From Malacoraja senta (taxonomy: Eukaryota), in assembly GCA_038087875.1 (NCBI GenBank), contig CM075991.1, forward strand, positions 2,480,001-2,544,000: 64,000 nucleotides of DNA, given 5' to 3'. The notes beneath the pieces were generated by a model. The model made no database searches. It saw only the letters and a list, made by a program, of their open reading frames with translations, and was not told where the DNA came from. The position numbers and the translations under genes are program-made. Each line of letters begins with the position of its first letter. Positions within the stretch are counted from its first letter, which is position 1. Shown piece by piece: positions 56,001 to 61,769 of this stretch.

Positions 56001-59000
56001 GAGGAGTGTTCACCCGACGCCGGAGTTCCATCTTCCCGGCAAGAGGGCCTGAAGCATCGGGTTGCCGTAGCAGCGACTGCGGAGGCCAGAATAGGCCCGA
56101 CTATGGGTGAACAAGGGACGGGACTGGACTTTGCTGCCTTCCCCCACAGTGGGAACCATTGTGGGGGGATGTTTTTATGTTTATTGTTAAATTCTTTAAT
56201 GTTGAGTCTTTTCTTTATTCGTGTGCTGCAATGGCAAGTCAAATTTCACTACACCAATTGGTGTATGTGATAATAAATGTCCTTTGTAAATGATTAGATA
56301 CATTGAGACGTTACAGTTGCACAAAACATCGGCAAGGCCGCACATGGAGTATCGTGTTGAGTTTTAGTCACCCTGCTATTGGAAATATGCCATTAAGATG
56401 GAAAAAGTGCGGAGTGCAGTGCAAGAGTGCAGATGTTGCCAGGACTTGAGGGCCTGAACAATGGGGAGAGGTTGTGCAGTCTAGGTCTTTATTTCTTGAA
56501 GTGCAGGAGGCTGAAGGGTGATCTTAGAGGTGTATAAAATCATGAGGGGTATAGAGTGGGTGAATGCACACAATCCTTTTTCCAAGATACGGAATCAAGA
56601 ACTAAGGTGAGGGGGAGAGAGATTTAATCGGCACCTGAGGGCAACTTTTTCCACAGAGGGTGGTTGATATATGGAATGACCTGCCAGAGAATGTAGCTTA
56701 GCCAGATATAATAACAAATTGAAAAGATCTTTAGACAGATACATGATTAGGAAAGGTTTTGAGTGATATGGACCAAACACAGGCAAATGGGACTATCTTA
56801 GATGGGGGATTTTAGCAGTATAGATGAGTTGAGCGGAAGGACTTGTTTCTGTGCTGTGTGACTCTATGGATGTGACTTGACACGTTTTACCTCCTGCCTA
56901 AATGTTGACTCTGTCTTCCAGCAGGCAAGCATGGAATGTTTTGTCTATGACTAAGTGCAGGTAGATGGGAATGGTGTAGAGAGGTGTAGGAAGGAACAGT
57001 TGATGCTGGTTTAAACCAAAGATAGACACAAAAAGCTGGAGTAACTCAGCGGGACAGTCATCATCTCTGGAGAGAAGGAATGGGTGACGTTTCGGGTCGA
57101 GATCCTTCTTCAGTGCCTCCTCCAAAGCTAATATTTCCTTCCTGACTCGAAACATCACCCGTTCCTTCTCTCCTGAGATGTTGCCTGTCCCGCTGAGTTA
57201 CTGCAGTTTTTTGTGTCTATCTATGGTGTAGATAGGTACTCTGTGTCAGCATAGAGGGCTGAAGTGCCTGTTTCAGCGTTGTACACTGTTGTACAGTGTT
57301 GTACTGCTTCATTTGCCGAGGAATTGAGATCCTAACATGTTATTGTTTAAAAAAATGCCGGAAATGTTGGCACTTCTGCCCAACCACCCAACTCCATGCC
57401 ACATAAGAATAATATAAAACAAATGTCAAAACTTGCATCCATCACAAGTAATCAGTGAATGATCCATCTGAACTGGAAAAGATCACCCGTTTTGTGATGT
57501 TGCCAAATCTTCCAAGGATTCCCAGGAAATGCAGGGATTTGCGGGCTGCTCCCGTTGTGTTTTGAGTCAATGGGTTTATTTTCAGCTGTGGATCTCAGTC
57601 AGCATTTCTTTGTTGCTGGACTTGAGGAAAAGCTGGTTATGTCTGGTTTTCAAACACTTCAGGAATGGGTCAATAGACTTGATTGTGCCATGTGTGCTCC
57701 ACGCTAGAGGAAGGAAGTTTGTGCTTGTCTAGCTTCTAGACTTCAATGGTGCAGTGTTCACAGTAACAGGACGTGCTGACATTGTTACCCAGGCAAGAGA
57801 GAGTGAACAAGTTAAGTACGTTTGCATGTTCGGCTGAGAGGCCATCTGAGGAATTTATTTTAACCACATTCCTGAGGTTTTGTCTGTTGAAGCATAAATT
57901 CCTTTTATTCTTAAACAAACAGAACCCCTTCCCAAATTTTCTGTCCCGAATCTTATTGCAAACCACCAAAGAAGCCATGTTTATTTTATATAAATATGCT
58001 TGGCAAACATCGATATGATAAAAGTCTTGGAGACTGGTATAAAACCAGATCACTTGTTTAACACTTTCTCCAGGCGAAGGCCATTCTAAACACTGGAAAG
58101 TACTCTGTTCAATGTTATTTAAAGTGGAAAATGTTCTTTTGGCACTGATGAGCTGGGTTTGTGTTACATAATTAAGTAGTTGGGGGAAAGAAGAGAGAGA
58201 AAGAGAAGGCTATTCGATTCTCACACTGGGGTATTTTCCTGATCACTTGAATTATCCAGCACCAAGTGTTATAGTTCTTGAAAGTGTCAATGAAGTTCAT
58301 AGATCAGATCTCCCCTCAGCCTACGACGCTCCAGGGAAAATATTCCATGTTTGTCCAGTTTCTCCTTTTAGGGAATAACCTCTAATCCAAGGAGCATTTT
58401 GTCAAACTTCATTTGCACCCTCTCCAAAGCCTTCACATCCTTCCTGTAAAGGGGTGACCAGAACTGCACACAAGACTCCAAATGCAGCCTCACCAAAGTC
58501 CTATAAAGCTGCAAGGTGACTTCCTTACACTCAATGCCCCGACAGATGAAAGCACGCACACCATACAAGATCAAGACATTGTTTCAACCAACCGAATTTA
58601 AGACAGTCTTGTGCAAGTTCTTCCCGGGGCTCATCGCAGTTCCATGCAGTAGCGGTGGAGTGAAGATCCCTCCCAATCTCTGCAGCAGAGTCCTGACCAG
58701 TTCAAAGGACACAAAACAAAGAGCATCACATATACATGCGCCGTCACCTCCAAAGTAGCATCAAAGATATTTTTAAAACCTTGAGCAAAGTAGCTGCTAC
58801 ATTCACAGGCACCAGCCCCAGGCGTGACACAAACTGTGACGTCTGATGTTCGGCTGCTGACCCAGAAGTACACCAACCGCGTCCAATATATGTTCCTCCA
58901 TTGCAGACATGCTTCTTTGGGTGGCAGGTTGGAGGTGGGGCTTGGATGGATGAGGCGAGAGGCCGTGAGCTAGTTTCTTTACCCTTAAAAATATTTTGTC

Positions 59001-61769
59001 AACTTTAATTACTGCAATTCCCATTTTAACTATGACTGGGTGTGAGCAAGTAGGGTCAAATGGCAATTCTCGCCCTAGCATCCAAAATGGCAATACAGTG
59101 GCACAGCTAGGAGGGCTGCTACCTCTCAGTGCCAGAAACCTGGGTTCTATCCTGACCTTGGGTGCTGTCTGTGTGGAGTTTGCACCTTTTGCACATGGGT
59201 TCCCTCTGGATGCTCCAGTTTTCTCCCACATCCAAAAGACATATGTCGTTCGAGGTTAATTGGCCTTGTAAAAGCCCCAGTGTGTAGGGAGTGGATGCGT
59301 GAATGGGATAGTATAGAACTTGTGTGAACAGGCGATGGATGGTCAGTGTGGACTCAGTGGGCCAAAGGATCTGTTTCCATCCTGTATCTCCAAATTAAAC
59401 TGAACTACACAAGGAAAGATTCCTTTCTCTAAGAGAAGCAAGATATTTTGTTCCTGTATAACATATCCCATTCCCTCACAGTGGTTGGTGGGTTTAAATG
59501 ACGTCACCTGAGAAATGGAAGCCGGGCATCTTCCCCGCAGATGATGTACGGGACTCTGATACTGTGGCAGAGAAGAACAAAGGTAACCAGCAGGTAATCC
59601 AGACGAGACTTATGGACAGGGAAAAAGACGAATGGACCGTCATACTGCCAAAAATACAAAACAGATTCCATGTTATAATCCAATGCATCAAAAATATTGC
59701 CTGCATTGTCACCTCACAGTCCAACGGTTACAAGGTTAATTCCCGGGATGGCGGGACTGTCATATGCTGAGAGAATGGAGCGGCTGGGCTTGTATACTCT
59801 GGAGAGGGGATCTTATTGAAACATATAAGATTGTTAAGGGTTTGGACACGCTAGAGGCAGGAAACATGTTCCCGATGTTGGGGGAGTCCAGAACCAGGGG
59901 CCACCATTTAAGAATAAGGAGTAAGCCATTTAGAACGGAGACGAGGAAACACTTTTTCTCACAGAGAGTTGTGAGTCTGTGGAATTCTCTGCCTCAGAGG
60001 GAGGTGGAGGTCTGTTCTCTGGATACTTTCAAGAGAGAGCTAGATGGGGCTCTTAAAGATAGCAGAGTCAGAGGATATGGGGAGAAGGCAGGAATGGGGT
60101 ACTGATTGTGGATGATCAACCATGATCACACTGAATGGCGGTGCTGGCTCGAAGGACTGAATGGCCTACTCCTGCACCTATTGTCTATTGAAACCATACA
60201 CTAAAGTCATTGCAACGATTCTCTTTAAGGCCCTGTCCCACTTACGTGATTTTTTCGGCGACTTGCCGGCACCCGTCATAGTTGCAGCAGGTCGCCGAAA
60301 ATTTTCAAAGTGTTGAAAATCCAGCGGCAACCAGAAAAAGGTACGACGCTTTGGGTGACTACTCACGACCATACAGGCGTCACCCTGTATGGTCATGAGT
60401 AGTCGCCCAAAGAGTCGTACCTTTTTCTGGTCGCCGCTGGATTTTCAACATGTTGAACATTTTTGGCGAGCTGCTGCGAGCGAATATGACGGGTGCCAGC
60501 AAGTCACCGAAAAAAAAATTGCGTAAGTGGGACAGGCCCTTAAAATAAGGTCACAGTTAACATGAACATTGCTTTAATAGAAGCACCAATATTTACAATC
60601 CAAATACATTTCAATCAGTTCTACTTGAAAGAACACGTCTAAAGAATCCAAATGTTTTTTTTCTATGGAATATCTCCATTAAGTAGCTGCAAATATTTAA
60701 CAGTATATCTGCAGGAGTTGACTGGAGGGCCAGGTAACCCACTGATGAATCATTTACACACAGAGTTATACAGCGTGGAAACAGGGCCTTCATCCAAATT
60801 GCCCATGTCGACCTACATGCCCCATCTAGTACCACCTGCCAGTGTTTGGCCCATATCCCTATAAACCTTTCCTATCCATGTACCTGTTTCAATAGCTTTT
60901 AAAAGTTGTTATAGCAACTACCTCAACTACTTCCTCTGGCAGTTTGTTGCATATAAGCACCACCCTTTGCATAATAAAGTTGTCCCTCAGATTCCTATTA
61001 AATCTTTTCCCCTCTCACATTGATTCCGGTACTTGGGGTAAAAGACTGTGCAGTTATCCTATCTATTCCCCTCATGATCTTACACGCTTCTATAAGATCA
61101 CCCATCATCCTCCTGCCCTCCAAGCAATAAGGACCTATCCTGTTCAACCTCTCCCTATATATAGCTCAGGCCCTCGAGTCCTTGCAACATCCTCGTAGTT
61201 CACCCACAAGACAATAAAAGTAAGCAACAGGCTAGTAACGAGTAATGCTGCAAAATCACGACATGTCACAAGGCAGTGGTGCTGTGCAGATGCAAAAAAG
61301 AGCTTTACAGTACTCCACTTTAAATGCGATGGGAGATACAGGGAACTGCAAGGTCGACACAAAATGCTGGAGTAACTCAGCAGATCAGGCAGCATCTCTG
61401 GAGAAAAAGAATAGGTGATGTTTTGGGTCGGAATCCTTCACTTTGAAGAAGTTCTCGTAAACCATCATCTGCAGTTCCTTCTTACGTGAGGAACTGCAAT
61501 GCTGGTTTACAAAAGGACAAAGTGCTGGAGTAACTCAGCGGGTCAGGCAGCATCTCTGGAGAGCATGGATAGGTCTACTTTGAATTCAACTTTAAATCCA
61601 TTCAGAAATGGCAGATTTGTCTCTACATATTCTACAGTTCTCCTTCCATGCAAACAATTAACGCCTCACCTCTTCCCTTGCCTTCCTTAGCATCTCAACT
61701 TGCCCACGATGCACTTGCAGGTTTACAAATACCCTGTTAAACACTTTCAGCAGGATCCAGCCGGTTATT
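16926..61769 (-). CDS. GPAT2: Glycerol-3-phosphate acyltransferase 2, mitochondrial (multi-exon gene, 5'-partial; 16 coding exons in window)
   Basis: Exons 61670-61769, 59508-59644, 58593-58692, 54261-54470, 47138-47245, 44286-44371, 41176-41294, 35729-35799, 32901-33162, 32067-32215, 27680-27751, 26158-26289, 24209-24329, 21839-21898, 20534-20589 and 16926-17036 all have AG acceptors and (except the last) GT donors. Phases are compatible and sum to 1894 nt in one frame. The protein is collinear with GPAM/GPAT2. GGIFTPP, YLEDP and ACDVWQRWFTKELTWKVTGDFDDCDSD resemble GPAT2 rather than GPAT1 (comparison from memory). Confidence 0.93.
17118..18005 (+). mobile_element. CR1 LINE 3' fragment
   Basis: ADDTKLGG...HLEYCVQFWSP...; tail cctattgtctattg. 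Confidence 0.9.
18556..19502 (+). mobile_element. Degenerate CR1 LINE 3' fragment
   Basis: QGSVLGP-like start; LYNALVKPHLEYC. Confidence 0.85.
19796..20022. mobile_element. Harbinger-type MITE
   Basis: TIR AGGGCCTGTCCCACTTTCACGA / TCGTGAAAGTGGGACAGGCCCT; flanks taa/tca; inserted into a Penelope tail. Confidence 0.8.
20025..20395 (-). mobile_element. Penelope-like 3' fragment with intact hammerhead core
   Basis: Homologous to the 46560-46920 tail. Confidence 0.8.
20064..20100 (-). ncRNA. Minimal type-I hammerhead ribozyme core (Penelope pLTR)
   Basis: Reverse complement cagt-CTGAAGA-A-GGGT-CTCG-ACCC-GAAA-CGTC-acc: CUGAnGA core, 4-bp stem II, GAAA, GUC site. Confidence 0.7.
20534..20589 (-). 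CDS. GPAT2: GPAT2 exon: SVTQHLVNSAVKTFKELG
   Basis: Acceptor ttttgcag, donor gtaagt, 56 nt; resembles LVKNAVKMFKDIG. Confidence 0.92.
21021..21644. mobile_element. Harbinger-type MITE with nested insertions
   Basis: Long TIRs (cctgtcccacttacgtgtccttggc / gccaaggacacgcaagtgggacagg); flanks taa/tta. Confidence 0.8.
21839..21898 (-). CDS. GPAT2: GPAT2 exon: SQLVLRMFNLIQAQVEDHP
   Basis: Acceptor ttttctttcag, donor gtgagt, 60 nt, phase 1-1. Confidence 0.85.
24209..24329 (-). CDS. GPAT2: GPAT2 exon: LGRSSESHAFFLFLCSLLQSLLKAYEMAAGLLHKASFPIE
   Basis: Acceptor cccttgcag, donor gtacgt, 121 nt. Confidence 0.92.
25475..26112 (-). mobile_element. Two CR1 3' fragments
   Basis: Reverse complement of the CR1 tail and RVVNLWNSLP region, present twice. 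Confidence 0.85.
26158..26289 (-). CDS. GPAT2: GPAT2 exon: SESAEQACDVWQRWFTKELTWKVTGDFDDCDSDCEEEIVKRYFK
   Basis: Acceptor aatcggcag, donor gtaagt, 132 nt; an alternative in-frame acceptor would start the exon at 26349. Confidence 0.9.
27680..27751 (-). CDS. GPAT2: GPAT2 exon: PCQSVYQFSQEAVDKLTYCEILEE
   Basis: Acceptor ctctctcag, donor gtgaga, 72 nt. Confidence 0.92.
28523..28830 (+). mobile_element. HE1-type tRNA-derived SINE (representative full copy)
   Basis: GGGCGGCACGGTGGCGCAGCGG A-box head, B-box-like sequence, and CR1-like tail gggccgaagggcctgtttcc...tctctaaa. Approximate positions of other copies: 1526-1797(-), 2845-3140(-), 12855-13112(-), 22060-22305(-), 22985-23270(-), 23750-24046(-), 26935-27253(-), 27995-28370(+), 29860-30400(-), 33650-33935(+), 35148-35436(+), 40465-40745(-), 40820-41103(-), 43830-44152(+), 48345-48626(-), 59088-59395(+). 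Confidence 0.85.
30024..30243. mobile_element. Penelope-derived fold-back element inside a SINE
   Basis: Arms meet at tttcgggtcgagacccttcttcagactg / gagaagggtctcgacccgaaa; imperfect TSD aaac(c/t)(t/g)gtacat. Confidence 0.8.
30919..31394. mobile_element. Harbinger-type MITE with internal (CTTCGACTA)-like repeats
   Basis: TIR GGGGCTGTCCCACTTGGGCGACCTAA / TTAGGTCGCCCAAGTGGGACAGCCCC; TAA TSD; splits a CR1 fragment. Confidence 0.85.
32067..32215 (-). CDS. GPAT2: GPAT2 exon: SALNSLLKEAAKY...VISQEELICKTVQLCHLLPSEVLLLP
   Basis: Acceptor atttcag, donor gtaaga, 149 nt. Confidence 0.92.
32901..33162 (-). CDS. GPAT2: GPAT2 exon: GAFLTTLAKDFCWLMNEVLARHFDVGFAG...ILPVFVCEAVA
   Basis: Acceptor ttttgcag, donor gtaagc, 262 nt; EVLARxFDxGF motif. 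Confidence 0.95.
34152..34341. mobile_element. Penelope-derived fold-back element
   Basis: Inverted arms; 15-bp TSD GTACAGAAGCCTGAA (34137-34151 and 34342-34356). Confidence 0.85.
34563..34597 (-). ncRNA. Minimal hammerhead ribozyme core (Penelope pLTR)
   Basis: Reverse complement ggt-CTGAAGA-A-GGGT-TTTG-ACCC-GAAA-CGTC-gcct. Confidence 0.65.
34716..34790. repeat. (TG)n compound microsatellite
   Basis: Visible in sequence. Confidence 0.95.
35729..35799 (-). CDS. GPAT2: GPAT2 exon: ARCCSAIMSTAILASLLLHKHPQ
   Basis: Acceptor ccgacag, donor gtaggc, 71 nt; AIMST...LLL motif. Confidence 0.93.
36829..36970. repeat. (TG/TC)n compound microsatellite
   Basis: Visible in sequence. Confidence 0.95.
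37363..37668. mobile_element. Harbinger-type MITE (right TIR clipped) inside a Helitron
   Basis: Inverted-orientation relative of 48899-49205. Confidence 0.8.
38936..39072 (+). mobile_element. Solo Penelope pLTR unit starting at the hammerhead core
   Basis: 11-bp TSD AGCACTAACAG (38925-38935 and 39073-39083). Confidence 0.8.
39900..40365 (+). mobile_element. CR1 LINE 3' fragment
   Basis: GLSYAERMERLGLYTLEFRKMRGDLIETYK...; same family as 17118-18005. Confidence 0.9.
41176..41294 (-). CDS. GPAT2: GPAT2 exon: SDSMFCEKSQDWLVNDEGWTQLDKRHQTLVADLGKHLLH
   Basis: Acceptor tattgcag, donor gtaaga, 119 nt; supplies the phase-2 to phase-1 link; LVADLGKHLL resembles LIANLAEHIL. Confidence 0.9.
42380..42720 (-). 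mobile_element. Highly degenerate Penelope RT-region remnant
   Basis: Weak resemblance to PLE linker motifs (SCKxxIP, GASExxxxxxNxG). Confidence 0.4.
43358..43710 (-). mobile_element. Penelope-like 3' fragment
   Basis: EEQHLIFRLGSLHPSGMNIDFSNFR plus pLTR tail. Confidence 0.85.
43830..44152 (+). mobile_element. HE1-type SINE
   Basis: gggcagcacggtgatgcagctggtagagc head, GGTTCGATCC B-box, LINE-like tail. Confidence 0.85.
44286..44371 (-). CDS. GPAT2: GPAT2 exon: DYVENDGIHFRPPAVPLQRILLPCILGY
   Basis: Acceptor caccag, donor gtgagt, 86 nt; LxxxLLPxIL pattern. Confidence 0.9.
45646..45682 (+). ncRNA. Minimal hammerhead ribozyme core (Penelope pLTR)
   Basis: aggt-CTGAAGA-A-GGGT-TTCG-GCCT-GAAA-CGTC-gcct; stem I aggt/gcct can pair. 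Confidence 0.65.
45818..46023. mobile_element. Penelope-derived fold-back element
   Basis: Inverted arms; 11-bp TSD TCGTAAACCTT (45807-45817 and 46024-46034). Confidence 0.85.
46330..46920 (+). mobile_element. Degenerate Penelope-like 3' fragment
   Basis: GIY-YIG remnant, EERHLIFHLGSLHPSGMNIDFS, and a pLTR tail with the hammerhead core. Confidence 0.85.
47138..47245 (-). CDS. GPAT2: GPAT2 exon: GTRATTIFGAVCWILRFLLKRYGCVRVDFGQPFSLK
   Basis: Acceptor tgtgcag, donor gtaggg, 108 nt; YGCVRVDFxQPFSLK is typical of mitochondrial GPATs. Confidence 0.95.
48899..49205. mobile_element. Harbinger-type MITE
   Basis: TIR AGGGCCTGTCCCACTGTACGAG / CTCGTACAGTGGGACAGGCCCT. Confidence 0.85.
49540..49743. mobile_element. 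Penelope-derived fold-back element
   Basis: Inverted arms; TSD AACATATTCA (49530-49539 and 49744-49753). Confidence 0.8.
49956..50025 (+). ncRNA. Tandem pair of hammerhead cores (first degenerate, second near-intact)
   Basis: cagcCTGAAGAagggtctcaacccAAAAtgtg followed directly by cagtCTGAAGAagggtctcgacctGAAAcgtcaccc. Confidence 0.55.
50638..54003 (-). mobile_element. CR1-clade LINE, about 3.4 kb: ORF1 esterase C-terminus plus near-complete but frameshifted ORF2 (APE-RT) and 3' tail
   Basis: ORF1 remnant DGLHLN (SGNH); APE CLNARS, ITETW, MGDFN, LGKSDH; RT YRPVSLTS, DFQKAFDKV, GVPQGSVLGP, KFADD. Nested in an older CR1 3' fragment (about 50392-50637 and 54015-54120). Confidence 0.93.
54261..54470 (-). 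CDS. GPAT2: GPAT2 exon (motifs III/IV): YVEKLLKAQQSLVVYLEDP...AVLIPVGVSYDRVVENNSFEQM
   Basis: Acceptor tttgcag, donor gtaaga, 210 nt; IPVGVSYD motif IV. Confidence 0.95.
54830..56870 (+). mobile_element. Old degenerate CR1 ORF2 remnant interrupted by a GC-rich repeat (about 55865-56285)
   Basis: Scattered CR1 motifs (SKFGDDAKIGG, VKAAFGTLAFISQG, 3' tail). Confidence 0.75.
56986..57222. mobile_element. Penelope-derived fold-back element
   Basis: Inverted arms; TSD ATGGTGTAGAnAGGT (56971-56985 and 57223-57237). Confidence 0.8.
58593..58692 (-). CDS. GPAT2: GPAT2 exon (motif II region): TLLQRLGGIFTPPLLHGTAMSPGKNLHKTVLNS
   Basis: Acceptor ggtcag, donor gttggt, 100 nt; phase fits both neighbours. 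Confidence 0.9.
59508..59644 (-). CDS. GPAT2: GPAT2 exon with acyltransferase motif I: YDGPFVFFPVHKSRLDYLLVTFVLLCHSIRVPYIICGEDARLPFL
   Basis: Acceptor tttttggcag, donor gtgacg, 137 nt; HxxxxD motif (HKSRLD). Confidence 0.95.
59730..60190 (+). mobile_element. CR1 LINE 3' fragment
   Basis: RGDLIETYK...FFSQRVVSLWNSLP plus tail. Confidence 0.9.
60228..60540. mobile_element. Harbinger-type MITE, almost fully palindromic
   Basis: Arms of about 150 bp meeting near 60384; flanks tta/taa. Confidence 0.88.
61670..61769 (-). CDS. GPAT2: GPAT2 exon: ITGWILLKVFNRVFVNLQVHRGQVEMLRKAREE
   Basis: Acceptor cttcacag, donor gtgagg, 100 nt; matches the GPAT segment LTGWVLLKLFN...IQIHKGQLEMVK. Confidence 0.93.

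Noticed and set aside
57480..58060. Non-repeat, coding-looking intronic stretch
   Set aside because: Stops in the frames I read and no recognisable protein; the GPAT2 frame is complete without it.
58803..58940. Short minus-strand ORF MSAMEEHILDAVGVLLGQQ...
   Set aside because: Lies in the intron between two phase-compatible GPAT2 exons; no recognisable homology.
16926..61769. Calling the gene GPAM (GPAT1) or GNPAT
   Set aside because: It lacks the GPAT1 FFIRR and EGTRSR motifs, and the C-terminal exons resemble GPAT2.
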